Notes under the pieces: model-generated | The model's database searches: none | What the model was told of the DNA's origin: nothing | Seen by the model: the letters and a program-made list of their open reading frames with translations, nothing else | Translations under genes and position numbers: made by a program | Origin: Candidatus Nomurabacteria bacterium | GTDB lineage: Bacteria > Patescibacteriota > Saccharimonadia > Saccharimonadales > VXPC01 | Length of the DNA stretch: 64,000 bases | NCBI GenBank assembly: GCA_020631905.1 | Contig: JACKGQ010000001.1 | Coordinates: 37,854-101,853, forward strand | Direction of reading: 5' to 3' | Shown here: piece by piece, positions 1 through 9,008 of the stretch | Layout: each line of letters opens with the position of its first letter | How positions within the stretch are numbered: position 1 is the stretch's first letter

Positions 1-1
1 T

Positions 2-283
2 GCTAGATTAGCTCGCGCCCAGTCCCAGTTTTGGAATGCCGCCGAACAGTTAGGTCTAATCCGAGAAACATCGGTAGAGGTTCATCGCAAATTGCGTGAA
101 AAGTTTAACAATATTATCGATAGCTTCAAAAAAGAAGAGTCTATGAGTTTTTCGGAAGCCAGTGAAATAATTAACGACTGGTTTACCGAGTTAATGCAGC
201 GCGATCCATTGCTATTTAGGGAACTATTTGCTAAAATACGTAAAACATTGCAAGAATACGAAAAGGAGCCAAGTAATGCTTAA
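2..283 (+). CDS. hypothetical protein, C-terminal part (gene starts upstream of window)
   Basis: Reading frame of the 92..283 ORF stays open back to base 2 (ARLARAQSQFWNAAEQLGL...). No recognisable motif. Confidence 0.4.
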   Translation, partial: ARLARAQSQFWNAAEQLGLIRETSVEVHRKLREKFNNIIDSFKKEESMSFSEASEIINDWFTELMQRDPLLFRELFAKIRKTLQEYEKEPSNA

Positions 284-464
284 AGATTTTCTACTGTTCA
301 TCAAATACCCCTACACTGCAGGGATCATTGCGATTATTTGGCTTGGTTCGGCAGCATTTATAGCACTCGACAAGCAACTAAACCTGATCGATGTTGTGAT
401 TATCGATATGGTCGTCAGCGTAATTATTGCTGGCTTTGGCTTCCGCGGCAAAAAAGAGATGTAA
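276..464 (+). CDS. small membrane protein (2 predicted TM helices)
   Basis: ATG at 276 follows a GGAG Shine-Dalgarno (aaaaggagccaagtaATG). Hydrophobic stretches GIIAIIWLGSAAFIAL and VVIIDMVVSVIIAGFGF. Overlaps the previous stop. Confidence 0.4.
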   Translation: MLKDFLLFIKYPYTAGIIAIIWLGSAAFIALDKQLNLIDVVIIDMVVSVIIAGFGFRGKKEM

Positions 465-468
465 ATAT

Positions 469-1107
469 ATGGCAAAGACTAAGGATTTTGTTCGAGCAGA
501 ACTAATTGATGCTCTGACTTTAGATCATGTTGATGCAGATGACTTGATCGAAGAATGCCTTAGGCTAGAGCATATCCTAGCCAAGCTCAACCCAGATCTT
601 TGGCCAGATCTTTATGAATCACTCGAGCAACTTGGATATATATATTACAACTCATACGACTTTTCCCAACCACAGACCTATAGTCCCCTAGCACTAGAAG
701 AAATACTTGGCATAACAGACCCAGATCTAGCCTACGACAAAGCGCGCAGAGTATGTCTTACTAGCTTTCACCGAGACGCACTCCCAAAGTTGATCGGGTC
801 TAGACCAGACTTTTTAATCGCAAAAATGGTTACGGCTGGAGAAATAAGAATTATCGTTGGCGACGATCCAAACGCAAACGAAAGCAGTGCTGCAAATGTC
901 GTGATTCATCCGCGACACACCGTTAGACTAGTTGAAGATGGAGTAGTAGATCCGAAAGTCTTGCCTAGCAAGTTTACTCAAGCCATTGTCGGCGCAGGTG
1001 AAGTGATCATAATGGACCCTGCTTTAATGCATACTGTAATTACCACAGGTGTTGGCGACGAAGGTTCAAGACAAAGTACCTCTAACTTTTTCCGGATGAG
1101 TAGGTAG
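469..1107 (+). CDS. hypothetical protein (212 aa)
   Basis: Long ORF. Start chosen at MAKTKDF (ATG 469) rather than the upstream overlap. No confident motif. Confidence 0.5.
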   Translation: MAKTKDFVRAELIDALTLDHVDADDLIEECLRLEHILAKLNPDLWPDLYESLEQLGYIYYNSYDFSQPQTYSPLALEEILGITDPDLAYDKARRVCLTSFHRDALPKLIGSRPDFLIAKMVTAGEIRIIVGDDPNANESSAANVVIHPRHTVRLVEDGVVDPKVLPSKFTQAIVGAGEVIIMDPALMHTVITTGVGDEGSRQSTSNFFRMSR

Positions 1108-1112
1108 GGTTT

Positions 1113-1637
1113 GTGAGTATGTTCGTCAAACCGAACCCAATCGAGGCAAGCGTAAGATCAAATCTAACCCAAGGAGGTCTTTTGATTGTTAGAGAAGGGC
1201 TAGATGGAATTGATGCGTTAACAGGGCATCTTGGTGAAACATCCGTGACTGAATGGACAGGAGATTTCACCGCTCCGCATATTGACTACATCGGCCCACC
1301 AAGCATAGAGCAAATGGTAGTATATGCTGTTCACGTTGGAAGTGTTATTTTTGGACAATCACTAAGCTCTACGTCCGATGATAATTTTGATAAATACACC
1401 CATGGCGAAGTCCTGGCTCTACTCGAAGCTGGTGAGCAGATAACTGCCAGCACCCTGTGTGGATCGGGTATTTATCAGGTTGTTAAACTCAACCGGGGTG
1501 ATTGTGTTGTATTCAACGCCGCACGACTACACGCCGTAGCAAACCCCGACCCCACAAAACCCAGATGCTGCAGAACTCATGCGAGTAAAGCTTATGAAAG
1601 ACAACAACTTTCAAATCTAGGTATCAATCTATTCTAA
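1113..1637 (+). CDS. hypothetical protein (174 aa)
   Basis: ORF lies 5 nt after the previous gene. C-terminal GDCVVFNAARLHAV faintly resembles a cupin/DSBH fold. Unverified. Confidence 0.45.
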   Translation: MSMFVKPNPIEASVRSNLTQGGLLIVREGLDGIDALTGHLGETSVTEWTGDFTAPHIDYIGPPSIEQMVVYAVHVGSVIFGQSLSSTSDDNFDKYTHGEVLALLEAGEQITASTLCGSGIYQVVKLNRGDCVVFNAARLHAVANPDPTKPRCCRTHASKAYERQQLSNLGINLF

Positions 1638-2428
1638 TTTAAGAGTTTCTGGATCTGAGTTATCGAGTCTGATTTACTTGCAGACTTGGTCTCAATTAAT
1701 ACCGCGTTCAGTTGCCATGGTTTGCTTTGGTCTAGCTCGTTCTTAGTCTGAACGTTGTCTTTCCAGCGGGGGATCACACTATCTAAACTCACACCCAAAC
1801 TACTATGTAAGTTACCGCACATGCCGACATCAGTGATGTGGGCGGTGCCGTTTGGTAAAATCATCGCATCGGCAGTTGGCACATGCCAGTGGTCGCCAAC
1901 AATTGCGCTCACCTTGCCATCTAGGTAGTAGCCAATGATCCGCTTCTCACTCGAGTAGTCACCATGAAAGTTCACGATAATTGCGTCGGGTGTACGCTTA
2001 GCTAGCTCTTCATCCAAGATCTCATCAATCATAGTTAGCGGATTACCGACACCAGGTAATGGTTTGCCCACCGTTTGGCCAAGCAAACTTACGAACATTA
2101 TCTTCTTGCCATTCTTTTCCAAGAATTTGGCACTTGGTCCAGTGTAGGCTTCGAAGTTGGCGGGGCCAATGATTGGCTCGGCTGGGTTTTCGAGCTGCGG
2201 GCGAATTGCATCGTCAAATGGTGTCCAGTTGCCGCCAGTAAAGAAATCTACGCCGGCTTGTTGTAGCCTACGAACGTCATCGAGCTTCATGCCGCGACCA
2301 TTGCTTAGGTTCTCGCCCTGAGCTACAACCACATCAGGTTCGTATTGTTCTTTTAGTTCTGGCAAATAATGCAGCAGTACTTCTTGCCCAGCACTCCCCA
2401 TAACATCCCCAAAATATAGAATCTTCAT
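1634..2428 (-). CDS. ymdB: YmdB-like metallophosphoesterase (2',3'-cyclic-nucleotide phosphodiesterase family)
   Basis: N-terminus MKILYFGDVMGSAGQE...AQGENLSNGRGM matches the YmdB/TIGR00282 pattern (GDVVG...NGEN...GKG). Sits directly downstream of rny, as in Firmicutes. Confidence 0.85.
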   Translation of the reverse strand: MKILYFGDVMGSAGQEVLLHYLPELKEQYEPDVVVAQGENLSNGRGMKLDDVRRLQQAGVDFFTGGNWTPFDDAIRPQLENPAEPIIGPANFEAYTGPSAKFLEKNGKKIMFVSLLGQTVGKPLPGVGNPLTMIDEILDEELAKRTPDAIIVNFHGDYSSEKRIIGYYLDGKVSAIVGDHWHVPTADAMILPNGTAHITDVGMCGNLHSSLGVSLDSVIPRWKDNVQTKNELDQSKPWQLNAVLIETKSASKSDSITQIQKLLN

Positions 2429-2459
2429 ACTATTATCCTAACAAAAGTCGTCGATTTTG

Positions 2460-3974
2460 CTATTTGGCGAATTCGATAGCCCGAGTTTCGCGGATCACGT
2501 TTACCTTAATCGTGCCCGGGTACTGCATAGTCGACTCAATTTTAGTGGCTATATCACGAGCAACTTTGATACTTTGCAGATCATCGAGGTCTTGTGGTTT
2601 AACAAAAATCCGAATTTCGCGACCGGCACTAATTGCATAGCTCTTTTCGATACCAGGAAAACTATTGGCAACATTTTCGAGATCCTTCATACGCTCGATA
2701 AAGTTTTCGGCACTAATGTTGCGTGCACCAGGACGAGCGGCACTAACAGCATCGACTACTCGAACCACCATGGCTTCGATTGTAGTAGCCTCGACATCGT
2801 CGTGGTGAGCTTCGGCAGCATGAGCTATTTCTTCTGGAACACCATACTTACGTAGCATTTCACCACTCAAATGATGGTGCTTGCCTTCCATCTTATGGGT
2901 CAATGATTTACCTAGATCGTGTACAAGAGCTGCATATTTACAGATTTTTACATCGGCGCCGATTTGCTCGGCAAGCACACCAGCAATCTGAGCCATTTCT
3001 ACACTATGCTTTAGAACATTTTGACCATAGCTAGTCCTAAAACGAAGTTCACCAAGCAACTGCAAGACTTCTTTTGGTATACCGACAATGCCCACTTCGC
3101 GGGCGGCATCTTCGGCAGCTTTCGTAACATCCTTCTGAACCTGCACCTGAGCTTTCTCAACTACTTCTTCGATACGGCCAGGATGGATTCGACCATCTTT
3201 CATAAGCATCTCGAGTGCTTGGCGAGCTACTTCGCGACGTACAGGGTCGAAACAGCTTAAGATAATCATGCCTGGCGTATCGTCGACCAAGATGTCCACA
3301 CCTGTGGCTCGTTGTAGCGATTGAATGTTCCGACCCTCTTTGCCGATGATTCGGCCCTTCATGTCTTCGTCTTCGAGTTTGACGGCAGTGATTGTTCGTT
3401 CGGCAGTTACTTCGCTAGCCATCCGCTCCATCGCTCCGACCAATACGGCGGCTGCATTTTCGTCTGCCTGATCACGAGCTTCATTCTGCAACTTTGCTAC
3501 AAGGCCTTTAAGATCTTCACGGATATCGCGCTCGGTCATTTCCATTAGTTTATCGGCAGCTTCAGATTTTTTGAGCTTTGCGATTTTTTCGAGCTTTTCT
3601 TGTTGTTTGGTCCGAATATCACGAATGGCATCCTTGAGTTCGGTTATCTCGACTTCTTCTTTGCGAAGTTTCTCGGTTCTTTTATCAAGCTCGTCGAGCT
3701 TCTTGTCGAGATTGCTTTCGCGCTCTACCAGACGTTCTTCGAGCGCAGAGATATCTTTACGGCGTTTAGTTTCTTCTTTGCGTACTTCGTCTAAAATGCG
3801 GTGTTGCTCTTCTTTGGCATCACTCAATAGTTTGTCGGCCTCTTTTTTAGCCTTATCGAGCCTTTTATCGGCTTCTTGCTGAACCGAACCTAATTTTTTC
3901 TTTGACTGTGCCTGACTTGCTCCAAATCCAGCAGCAACGCCAACAAGCGCCAATACAATGGTAATTGGTTCCAT
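2460..3974 (-). CDS. rny: ribonuclease Y
   Basis: N-terminal TM helix, long Lys/Glu coiled coil, KH motif GRIIGKEGRNI and HD domain (LVHDLGK, HHDD). Confidence 0.95.
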   Translation of the reverse strand: MEPITIVLALVGVAAGFGASQAQSKKKLGSVQQEADKRLDKAKKEADKLLSDAKEEQHRILDEVRKEETKRRKDISALEERLVERESNLDKKLDELDKRTEKLRKEEVEITELKDAIRDIRTKQQEKLEKIAKLKKSEAADKLMEMTERDIREDLKGLVAKLQNEARDQADENAAAVLVGAMERMASEVTAERTITAVKLEDEDMKGRIIGKEGRNIQSLQRATGVDILVDDTPGMIILSCFDPVRREVARQALEMLMKDGRIHPGRIEEVVEKAQVQVQKDVTKAAEDAAREVGIVGIPKEVLQLLGELRFRTSYGQNVLKHSVEMAQIAGVLAEQIGADVKICKYAALVHDLGKSLTHKMEGKHHHLSGEMLRKYGVPEEIAHAAEAHHDDVEATTIEAMVVRVVDAVSAARPGARNISAENFIERMKDLENVANSFPGIEKSYAISAGREIRIFVKPQDLDDLQSIKVARDIATKIESTMQYPGTIKVNVIRETRAIEFAK

Positions 3975-4160
3975 ATCCTACCTACTTTCTATTTTGCGGC
4001 AAAAATAGCGCATCAAGAAAATCGCTATCACTTCTCTATTTCTTGACTCTCGCAGTTGCCAATAAATTTATCAAAATTTTAGAACCCGCGATTCTACGGA
4101 CTAATCCACACTCACCAGATTCTACTTATAATATAGTCCTGTTTAGCACGATTGCAAAAT

Positions 4161-4541
4161 TTATTTTCGAGGTTGGGTTATGCGAGCTTCGCGACCGTAA
4201 AATGGTTTGACAATTTTCTGGTCTTGACCAGCTTCGAGCTTGGCGACTGCCAGAGTTTGCCAAGCATCACCCTGCTCGCCAACAATTGGTACATTTAGTC
4301 CGTAAGCTAGGGTGTTGGCCACGGTTATGCCTATGCGTAAGCCAGTAAAGCTGCCTGGGCCTTCGAACACGCCAATACCCTCGATGCTTGTGTAGCTCAA
4401 ACCTTGAGCATCTAGTAATTCTTTTATCTTGAGTAAGATTGTATCGGAAAGTTCGCGGTGGGCTCTCCAAATAACGCTCTGGTCGTTCAGATACAATTCG
4501 GACTCGGGCTTATCGGTGCGAATTAGTAAGATGTTCTTCAT
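4161..4541 (-). CDS. tsaB: tRNA t6A biosynthesis protein TsaB, short N-terminal-domain-only form
   Basis: GPGSFTGLRIGITVANTLAY motif typical of TsaB/YeaZ. Only 126 aa. 4-nt overlap with tsaE. Confidence 0.75.
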   Translation of the reverse strand: MKNILLIRTDKPESELYLNDQSVIWRAHRELSDTILLKIKELLDAQGLSYTSIEGIGVFEGPGSFTGLRIGITVANTLAYGLNVPIVGEQGDAWQTLAVAKLEAGQDQKIVKPFYGREARITQPRK

Positions 4542-5005
4542 GCTATGCCCTCGGTCAAATAGCTAAGTTCCGCGGGGCAAATAAACTCAAATTCACGCTG
4601 GTTCTCGCTTGGGGCAGTGATTTTGATTTGCAACCGCTGCTTGGGTAACAGGTCTTGTACCAGTCCTGCCCACTCGATAATTACTAGGTCTTCGCCGGCT
4701 TGCACAACTTCGTCGAATTCGTCGCTCATAATCCCGGCTTCTTCTAGACGGTAGAAGTCGAAATGGTGGACCTCGAAGTTCGGACAATAGTAAATATTTT
4801 CGATTGTAAAACTTGGACTGCTCACCATATCTGCACTGCCAAGTGCAGCTAGCAAGAATTTGGTAAAGGTAGTTTTTCCGCCACCAACATCGCTAGCCAG
4901 CTCGATCACCTCGTTACCACGAATATTAGCAGCTAGTTTATTTGCTAGTTGCTCGGTTTGTGCGGTACTGCCAGATTTTATGCGCAATGTCGCGTCGGTA
5001 CTCAT
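4538..5005 (-). CDS. tsaE: tRNA t6A biosynthesis ATPase TsaE
   Basis: P-loop GGGKTTFTK, HFDFYRL and the IEW motif of the YjeE/TsaE family. Confidence 0.85.
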   Translation of the reverse strand: MSTDATLRIKSGSTAQTEQLANKLAANIRGNEVIELASDVGGGKTTFTKFLLAALGSADMVSSPSFTIENIYYCPNFEVHHFDFYRLEEAGIMSDEFDEVVQAGEDLVIIEWAGLVQDLLPKQRLQIKITAPSENQREFEFICPAELSYLTEGIA

Positions 5006-6824
5006 AACCCGAATATAATAGCGTAGCTAGCCCCAGCCCACCAACCATAAGCCAAGAAGTCAGACTGCTTTCGATCTTTGGTGGCTCTCGGTAAACGCTC
5101 GAAAATTGACTCGAGTTAGAACTTTCTGTGTCATTCGTTGCTTGATTAACGATCTCGACAAGTTCGTTTTTGGTAGCTGGAGTAGGTAAACTCGTCCACT
5201 GCCAAACGCCGTCGATAAGTGCATAAGACTCGCCTGTTTCTGCCTCATCATACGTAACTACATCACCCCATTGTTCCCCATTAGGCAATAGTAGACGTGC
5301 CGCTCCACCAGAATTGCTTAGAGTTAAGCTGGTATCCTTGGAATAAAGCACGATGTATTCGCCTGGACCAATTGAACCAGACGAGAAAGTGTGGCTGTAC
5401 GAAAAATTACTTCCTGTTTGGACAATCAAGCCTCTTAGATCAATCTTACTGTTATTCGGGTTGTAGAGTTCTATGAACTCTCCCTCAGAATCCTTAACTG
5501 GGCTGGCTGGGTCTGGCAATAACTCAGTGATAATGATTGGTTTAAAGATGTTAAACTTGGCCGGATCAACATATACACTTGTCTTCTTACTAGTCGACTT
5601 TTTGCTAGCAGATTTAACAACTGTAATTGAAGCTCGATAGACATTTGGTTTATTGGGGGTGGGCATACTAGTGAACCGCCAGACACCATCGAATAAAGCA
5701 TAGGCTTCACTTGTTTTAACCTTTGGGTAGCTTACTTCGGCTCCCCAAACCTTGCCACTCGGCAATACCAGGCGTACCGAGCTACCAGAATTAGCCAAAG
5801 ATATATTCGCTTGACCGGAGTAGATTGCTAGATACTGCTGTGGTTTAAGAGTAATCCCATCAAGCGGTAGCTTACGTGAATATGTCGAGCCCATCTGCAT
5901 AACAATGCCGTCTAAATTCACATTGGTAGTGTTCGGGTTGTAAAGCTCAACAAACTCACCTTCGGCATCGGTTACTGGGCTGGCTGGGTCGGGTAGAAGC
6001 TCGTTGATAACAACCGGAGCCAATTCGAGAAAAGCATCGTCGGGATTGGTTGGATCTGTAGAAGTATCAAGAACATCTTCGACAGGCGGTGTGTCGCCAG
6101 TATTGTCTTCGGGCACTTCTGGTGGATCAGTATTGGTGTTTAAGGGTGTTGGTTCGAGCATCATGAAATCGAACGAGTTATCGTTGGTGTCAATTAGTTG
6201 CACCAGTTCCTCGTCTGTATAGGCAAGACTTGGGTCTTCACAGTTGAGTCCTGGAGCCGGTTCCGTAGCTGGATCGACCGGCACCATAGGATCTGTAACT
6301 CCATCGCAGGCTGGATCAACCGGCTCGAGCGTATTCGCAAAATTAATTCGCTGCAAGCTAGTTGTGTTGGTGTGAGTTATTGCTACTTGTGTCTCTGGAA
6401 AAACGGCAGTACCCCAGCCTAAGCGATCGAGCTCAATTGCTTCGTCTTCGCTGCGGACGACGACATGACCACCACTAGCGGCCATTCCGGAAGCTTTTTG
6501 CAGAAACCCCGAGGCATCGGGATCTGGGTATTCCTCGCGAACAAAGAATATATAGCTACGTGGCGCCAGCCAGCCAGTTAAATCGACTTCTAAACTAGTC
6601 GTCGAACCACTCGCCGACACATAAACAATCTCGTATCCTTCCATATTAAAGAACCCATCACCTGGATTATAAATCTCGATCATTTCGTCGAGAGCAGCCT
6701 CGCCCTCGGTCTGTACTTCACTTATCCAAATAGTTGCCGGCTGCGAAACCGACTCAGAGTGAACAGGCGCATAACAAAAAAGTGGGGAAAAAGCGATTAG
6801 CATAGCCTGCATTATCTTTTTCAT
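4938..6824 (-). CDS. secreted, C-terminally membrane-anchored protein with three lamin-tail-domain (LTD) modules
   Basis: Start reassigned to MKKIMQAMLIAFSPLFCYAPVHS (signal peptide, ATG at 6824). LTD signatures are ISEVQTEG..IEIYNPG, INELLPDPASP..EFVELYNPN and ITELLPDPASP..EFIELYNPN. C-terminal TM helix WLMVGGLGLATLLY. Confidence 0.8.
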   Translation of the reverse strand: MKKIMQAMLIAFSPLFCYAPVHSESVSQPATIWISEVQTEGEAALDEMIEIYNPGDGFFNMEGYEIVYVSASGSTTSLEVDLTGWLAPRSYIFFVREEYPDPDASGFLQKASGMAASGGHVVVRSEDEAIELDRLGWGTAVFPETQVAITHTNTTSLQRINFANTLEPVDPACDGVTDPMVPVDPATEPAPGLNCEDPSLAYTDEELVQLIDTNDNSFDFMMLEPTPLNTNTDPPEVPEDNTGDTPPVEDVLDTSTDPTNPDDAFLELAPVVINELLPDPASPVTDAEGEFVELYNPNTTNVNLDGIVMQMGSTYSRKLPLDGITLKPQQYLAIYSGQANISLANSGSSVRLVLPSGKVWGAEVSYPKVKTSEAYALFDGVWRFTSMPTPNKPNVYRASITVVKSASKKSTSKKTSVYVDPAKFNIFKPIIITELLPDPASPVKDSEGEFIELYNPNNSKIDLRGLIVQTGSNFSYSHTFSSGSIGPGEYIVLYSKDTSLTLSNSGGAARLLLPNGEQWGDVVTYDEAETGESYALIDGVWQWTSLPTPATKNELVEIVNQATNDTESSNSSQFSSVYREPPKIESSLTSWLMVGGLGLATLLYSGYEYRRDIAHKIWQYRTNRATSK

Positions 6825-6888
6825 GAGTCTACTATAACATGAGCATTTTTGGCTTTGTTGTTTAAGTCGGGGTGAGTACAATATTTTT

Positions 6889-7407
6889 ATGTTATTTTTA
6901 GCCAAGAATGTAATAGGAATGCCTGTCTCGAGCATCCGATTAGCCGGCAAGGTTGCCGAAGTAACTGGTATACTTGTCGACCCAGATCGACTAAAAGTTG
7001 TGGCTTTCTGGGTAAAGACCGGCGGTAAAAACGTTGACGAGCTACTACTGTTCGAAGATTTGCGTGACTTTAATATGCGCGGCCTAATTATCGACGATCT
7101 ACATAATATTTCACCAGTAGAAGAGCTAACTAGGCTGCAGCGCATCTTGGACATTAACTACCAGATACCGGGCAAAAAAGTTGTTGGTAGTCGTGGCAAG
7201 CTTGGTACTGCCGAGAACTTTAGCTTTGACCCACAAACAGCAGAAGTTATGACAATTTCTGGCAAGCCGAGTCTATCACGTCGATTTAATCAGAACGAAT
7301 TTACGATTCACCGCAGCCAAATATTAGAAGTCGACGACAGTCAGATACGAGTCAATGATGGCCCACAAACCGTTAGCTCTGGCGCCAAAGTAACGGCGAC
7401 CGACTAA
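6889..7407 (+). CDS. PRC-barrel domain protein (two PRC-like halves)
   Basis: VIGMPVSSIRLAGKVAEVTGILVDPDRLKVVAFWV and GKKVVGSRGKLGTAENFSFDPQTAEV resemble PRC-barrel repeats. Confidence 0.55.
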   Translation: MLFLAKNVIGMPVSSIRLAGKVAEVTGILVDPDRLKVVAFWVKTGGKNVDELLLFEDLRDFNMRGLIIDDLHNISPVEELTRLQRILDINYQIPGKKVVGSRGKLGTAENFSFDPQTAEVMTISGKPSLSRRFNQNEFTIHRSQILEVDDSQIRVNDGPQTVSSGAKVTATD

Positions 7408-7419
7408 TAAGCTTCACGC

Positions 7420-7448
7420 TTGAGCTTGCATAGGTGTATTTACATAAT
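7420..7448 (+). promoter_or_regulatory. sigma70-like promoter (TTGAGC-17-CATAAT), 12 nt from ATG
   Basis: TTGAGC at 7420..7425, 17-nt spacer, CATAAT at 7443..7448. No Shine-Dalgarno before ATG 7461. Confidence 0.4.
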
Positions 7449-7460
7449 TAATATTACCAG

Positions 7461-9008
7461 ATGTCGAAAAATGAAGTCGTTATCCCGCCAGCTGATTTTT
7501 CAACCAACTGTCAGCGCAGTATTGATGTAGATGCGGCTGGCCTTATATACCGCGAAGTGTTACAGAGGTGCCGTCCGGTAGTGTCGAGTACCATCTTTGG
7601 CATAAACGCACCCACCGAATTACAGAACGTCCCTTCAAGATTGTCGGCACATCTTGGAGCCCAATCAGTAGATATGTGCCTGCAGACAGCAATTCTTAAA
7701 CAAATAAATCATAGCTATTATGGCGAATCCTTATTAAATCTATTTGGTATCAATCGTCCAGACAAACCGAGCTCAATAGTTGGATCGTGGCAAGGACCCA
7801 TACCTGCAAGAGTCGACCAGGCATTCAAAGATGATCTATTAAGGCAATTAGAGAATTTGGATTTAGACCCATCGATTGTACTTAAACTTATAGAACAATA
7901 TAGAGCAACAAGGCTGCCTGAGTTTGTCGAAATATTTAATAAACTTGCCGGTGGTGAAACAGATACTAAGCTCGACGATTTGTTTTTGTTAGCACAAGAG
8001 ATGATTTTTAATCCTGAATTTAGTTTCCCAGATGATAGTGCTGAATCAGCCTATCTGCTCTGCTACATCGACCCCCGAATCCGAGTACTCCTGAGAAGCA
8101 TATTAGTAGCTAACCAGCTTTTTAGACGCATGGAGAGATCGTTAGTTAATCTTGATGAAGATGCTATCCAGATGCTGGCTTCCTTGAGGATAGCAACTGC
8201 GGCACATGCATTAACCGGTCAGTACTGGCAGCAAGCATGTCGGACTTATCAAGTATCGCCTCAAACTGAAGAGCAGATGGTGGCATACAGTATAAGTGAA
8301 TTAGAAGCCCAAAGAACCTTAGATGAACTTATTAGAACCCCTGGTGGAAAACGCATTATTGACATATACCAGCTGGCTCGAGAATCGTTAGTCGAAGAGG
8401 TTGATCAACTTGCGCACGTAGATGAGTTTGGGATATTCACCAATACCGATACCGGTCACGGACTGAATAGATTCGAGAATTTTCCGGCAACATGGGCCGA
8501 AATGTCATTATTAGATAAGAATGTAGGCCGTCCGTCGAAAACGGGTGGTAGCGCAGTCATCTACGAAGACAACGAGACTCAAGCAAGGACATGGGAGCAA
8601 ATAATCGATAAATATACACCGTACGATCAAATGTTATCGAGCGACACATCGGAATTAGTTTTAGCCGAAGCCAGAAGAGGACATGTTGGTCTGTACGTAA
8701 TCGATATCGACAATCCTGAAGGTGAATTTGCTGGAATCGAGCTTGCCGCAGAACTGCTAGAAATAGCCTTTGAACATTACACACGTAACCAATCGGTAGA
8801 TACCGCCGACCAGAAGCGAGTACGTATTGTCTTGTGGTCATCCTCTGCAAAGTTAGTCGAACATGCTGCAGATCACTTTAGAACTAAGGTAGTGAAACGC
8901 TATAGCGGTAATGATGTTGGCTTTAGCATTGGAGGCACAGGTTCATCTGGCAGGGTAATAAGTGTTGTCGTCTGCAATAAAGTCGCCAGTCAACTTACTC
9001 GGGCCTAA
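7461..9008 (+). CDS. hypothetical 515-aa protein with possible C-terminal receiver-like domain
   Basis: Long ORF. The C-terminal ~130 aa (AVIYEDNETQAR...GLYVIDIDNPEGEFAGIELAAELLE...RIVLWSSSAK) has the alternating pattern of a CheY-like fold. Weak, by eye only. Confidence 0.5.
   Translation: MSKNEVVIPPADFSTNCQRSIDVDAAGLIYREVLQRCRPVVSSTIFGINAPTELQNVPSRLSAHLGAQSVDMCLQTAILKQINHSYYGESLLNLFGINRPDKPSSIVGSWQGPIPARVDQAFKDDLLRQLENLDLDPSIVLKLIEQYRATRLPEFVEIFNKLAGGETDTKLDDLFLLAQEMIFNPEFSFPDDSAESAYLLCYIDPRIRVLLRSILVANQLFRRMERSLVNLDEDAIQMLASLRIATAAHALTGQYWQQACRTYQVSPQTEEQMVAYSISELEAQRTLDELIRTPGGKRIIDIYQLARESLVEEVDQLAHVDEFGIFTNTDTGHGLNRFENFPATWAEMSLLDKNVGRPSKTGGSAVIYEDNETQARTWEQIIDKYTPYDQMLSSDTSELVLAEARRGHVGLYVIDIDNPEGEFAGIELAAELLEIAFEHYTRNQSVDTADQKRVRIVLWSSSAKLVEHAADHFRTKVVKRYSGNDVGFSIGGTGSSGRVISVVVCNKVASQLTRA

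Noticed and set aside
6825-7154. N-terminal 110-aa extension of the 738-aa ORF (MSKMRCSLVSS...)
   Set aside because: It is low-complexity and Ser-rich, and is antisense to the well-formed PRC-barrel gene. An internal ATG at 6824 gives a textbook signal peptide, so the extension is treated as non-coding.
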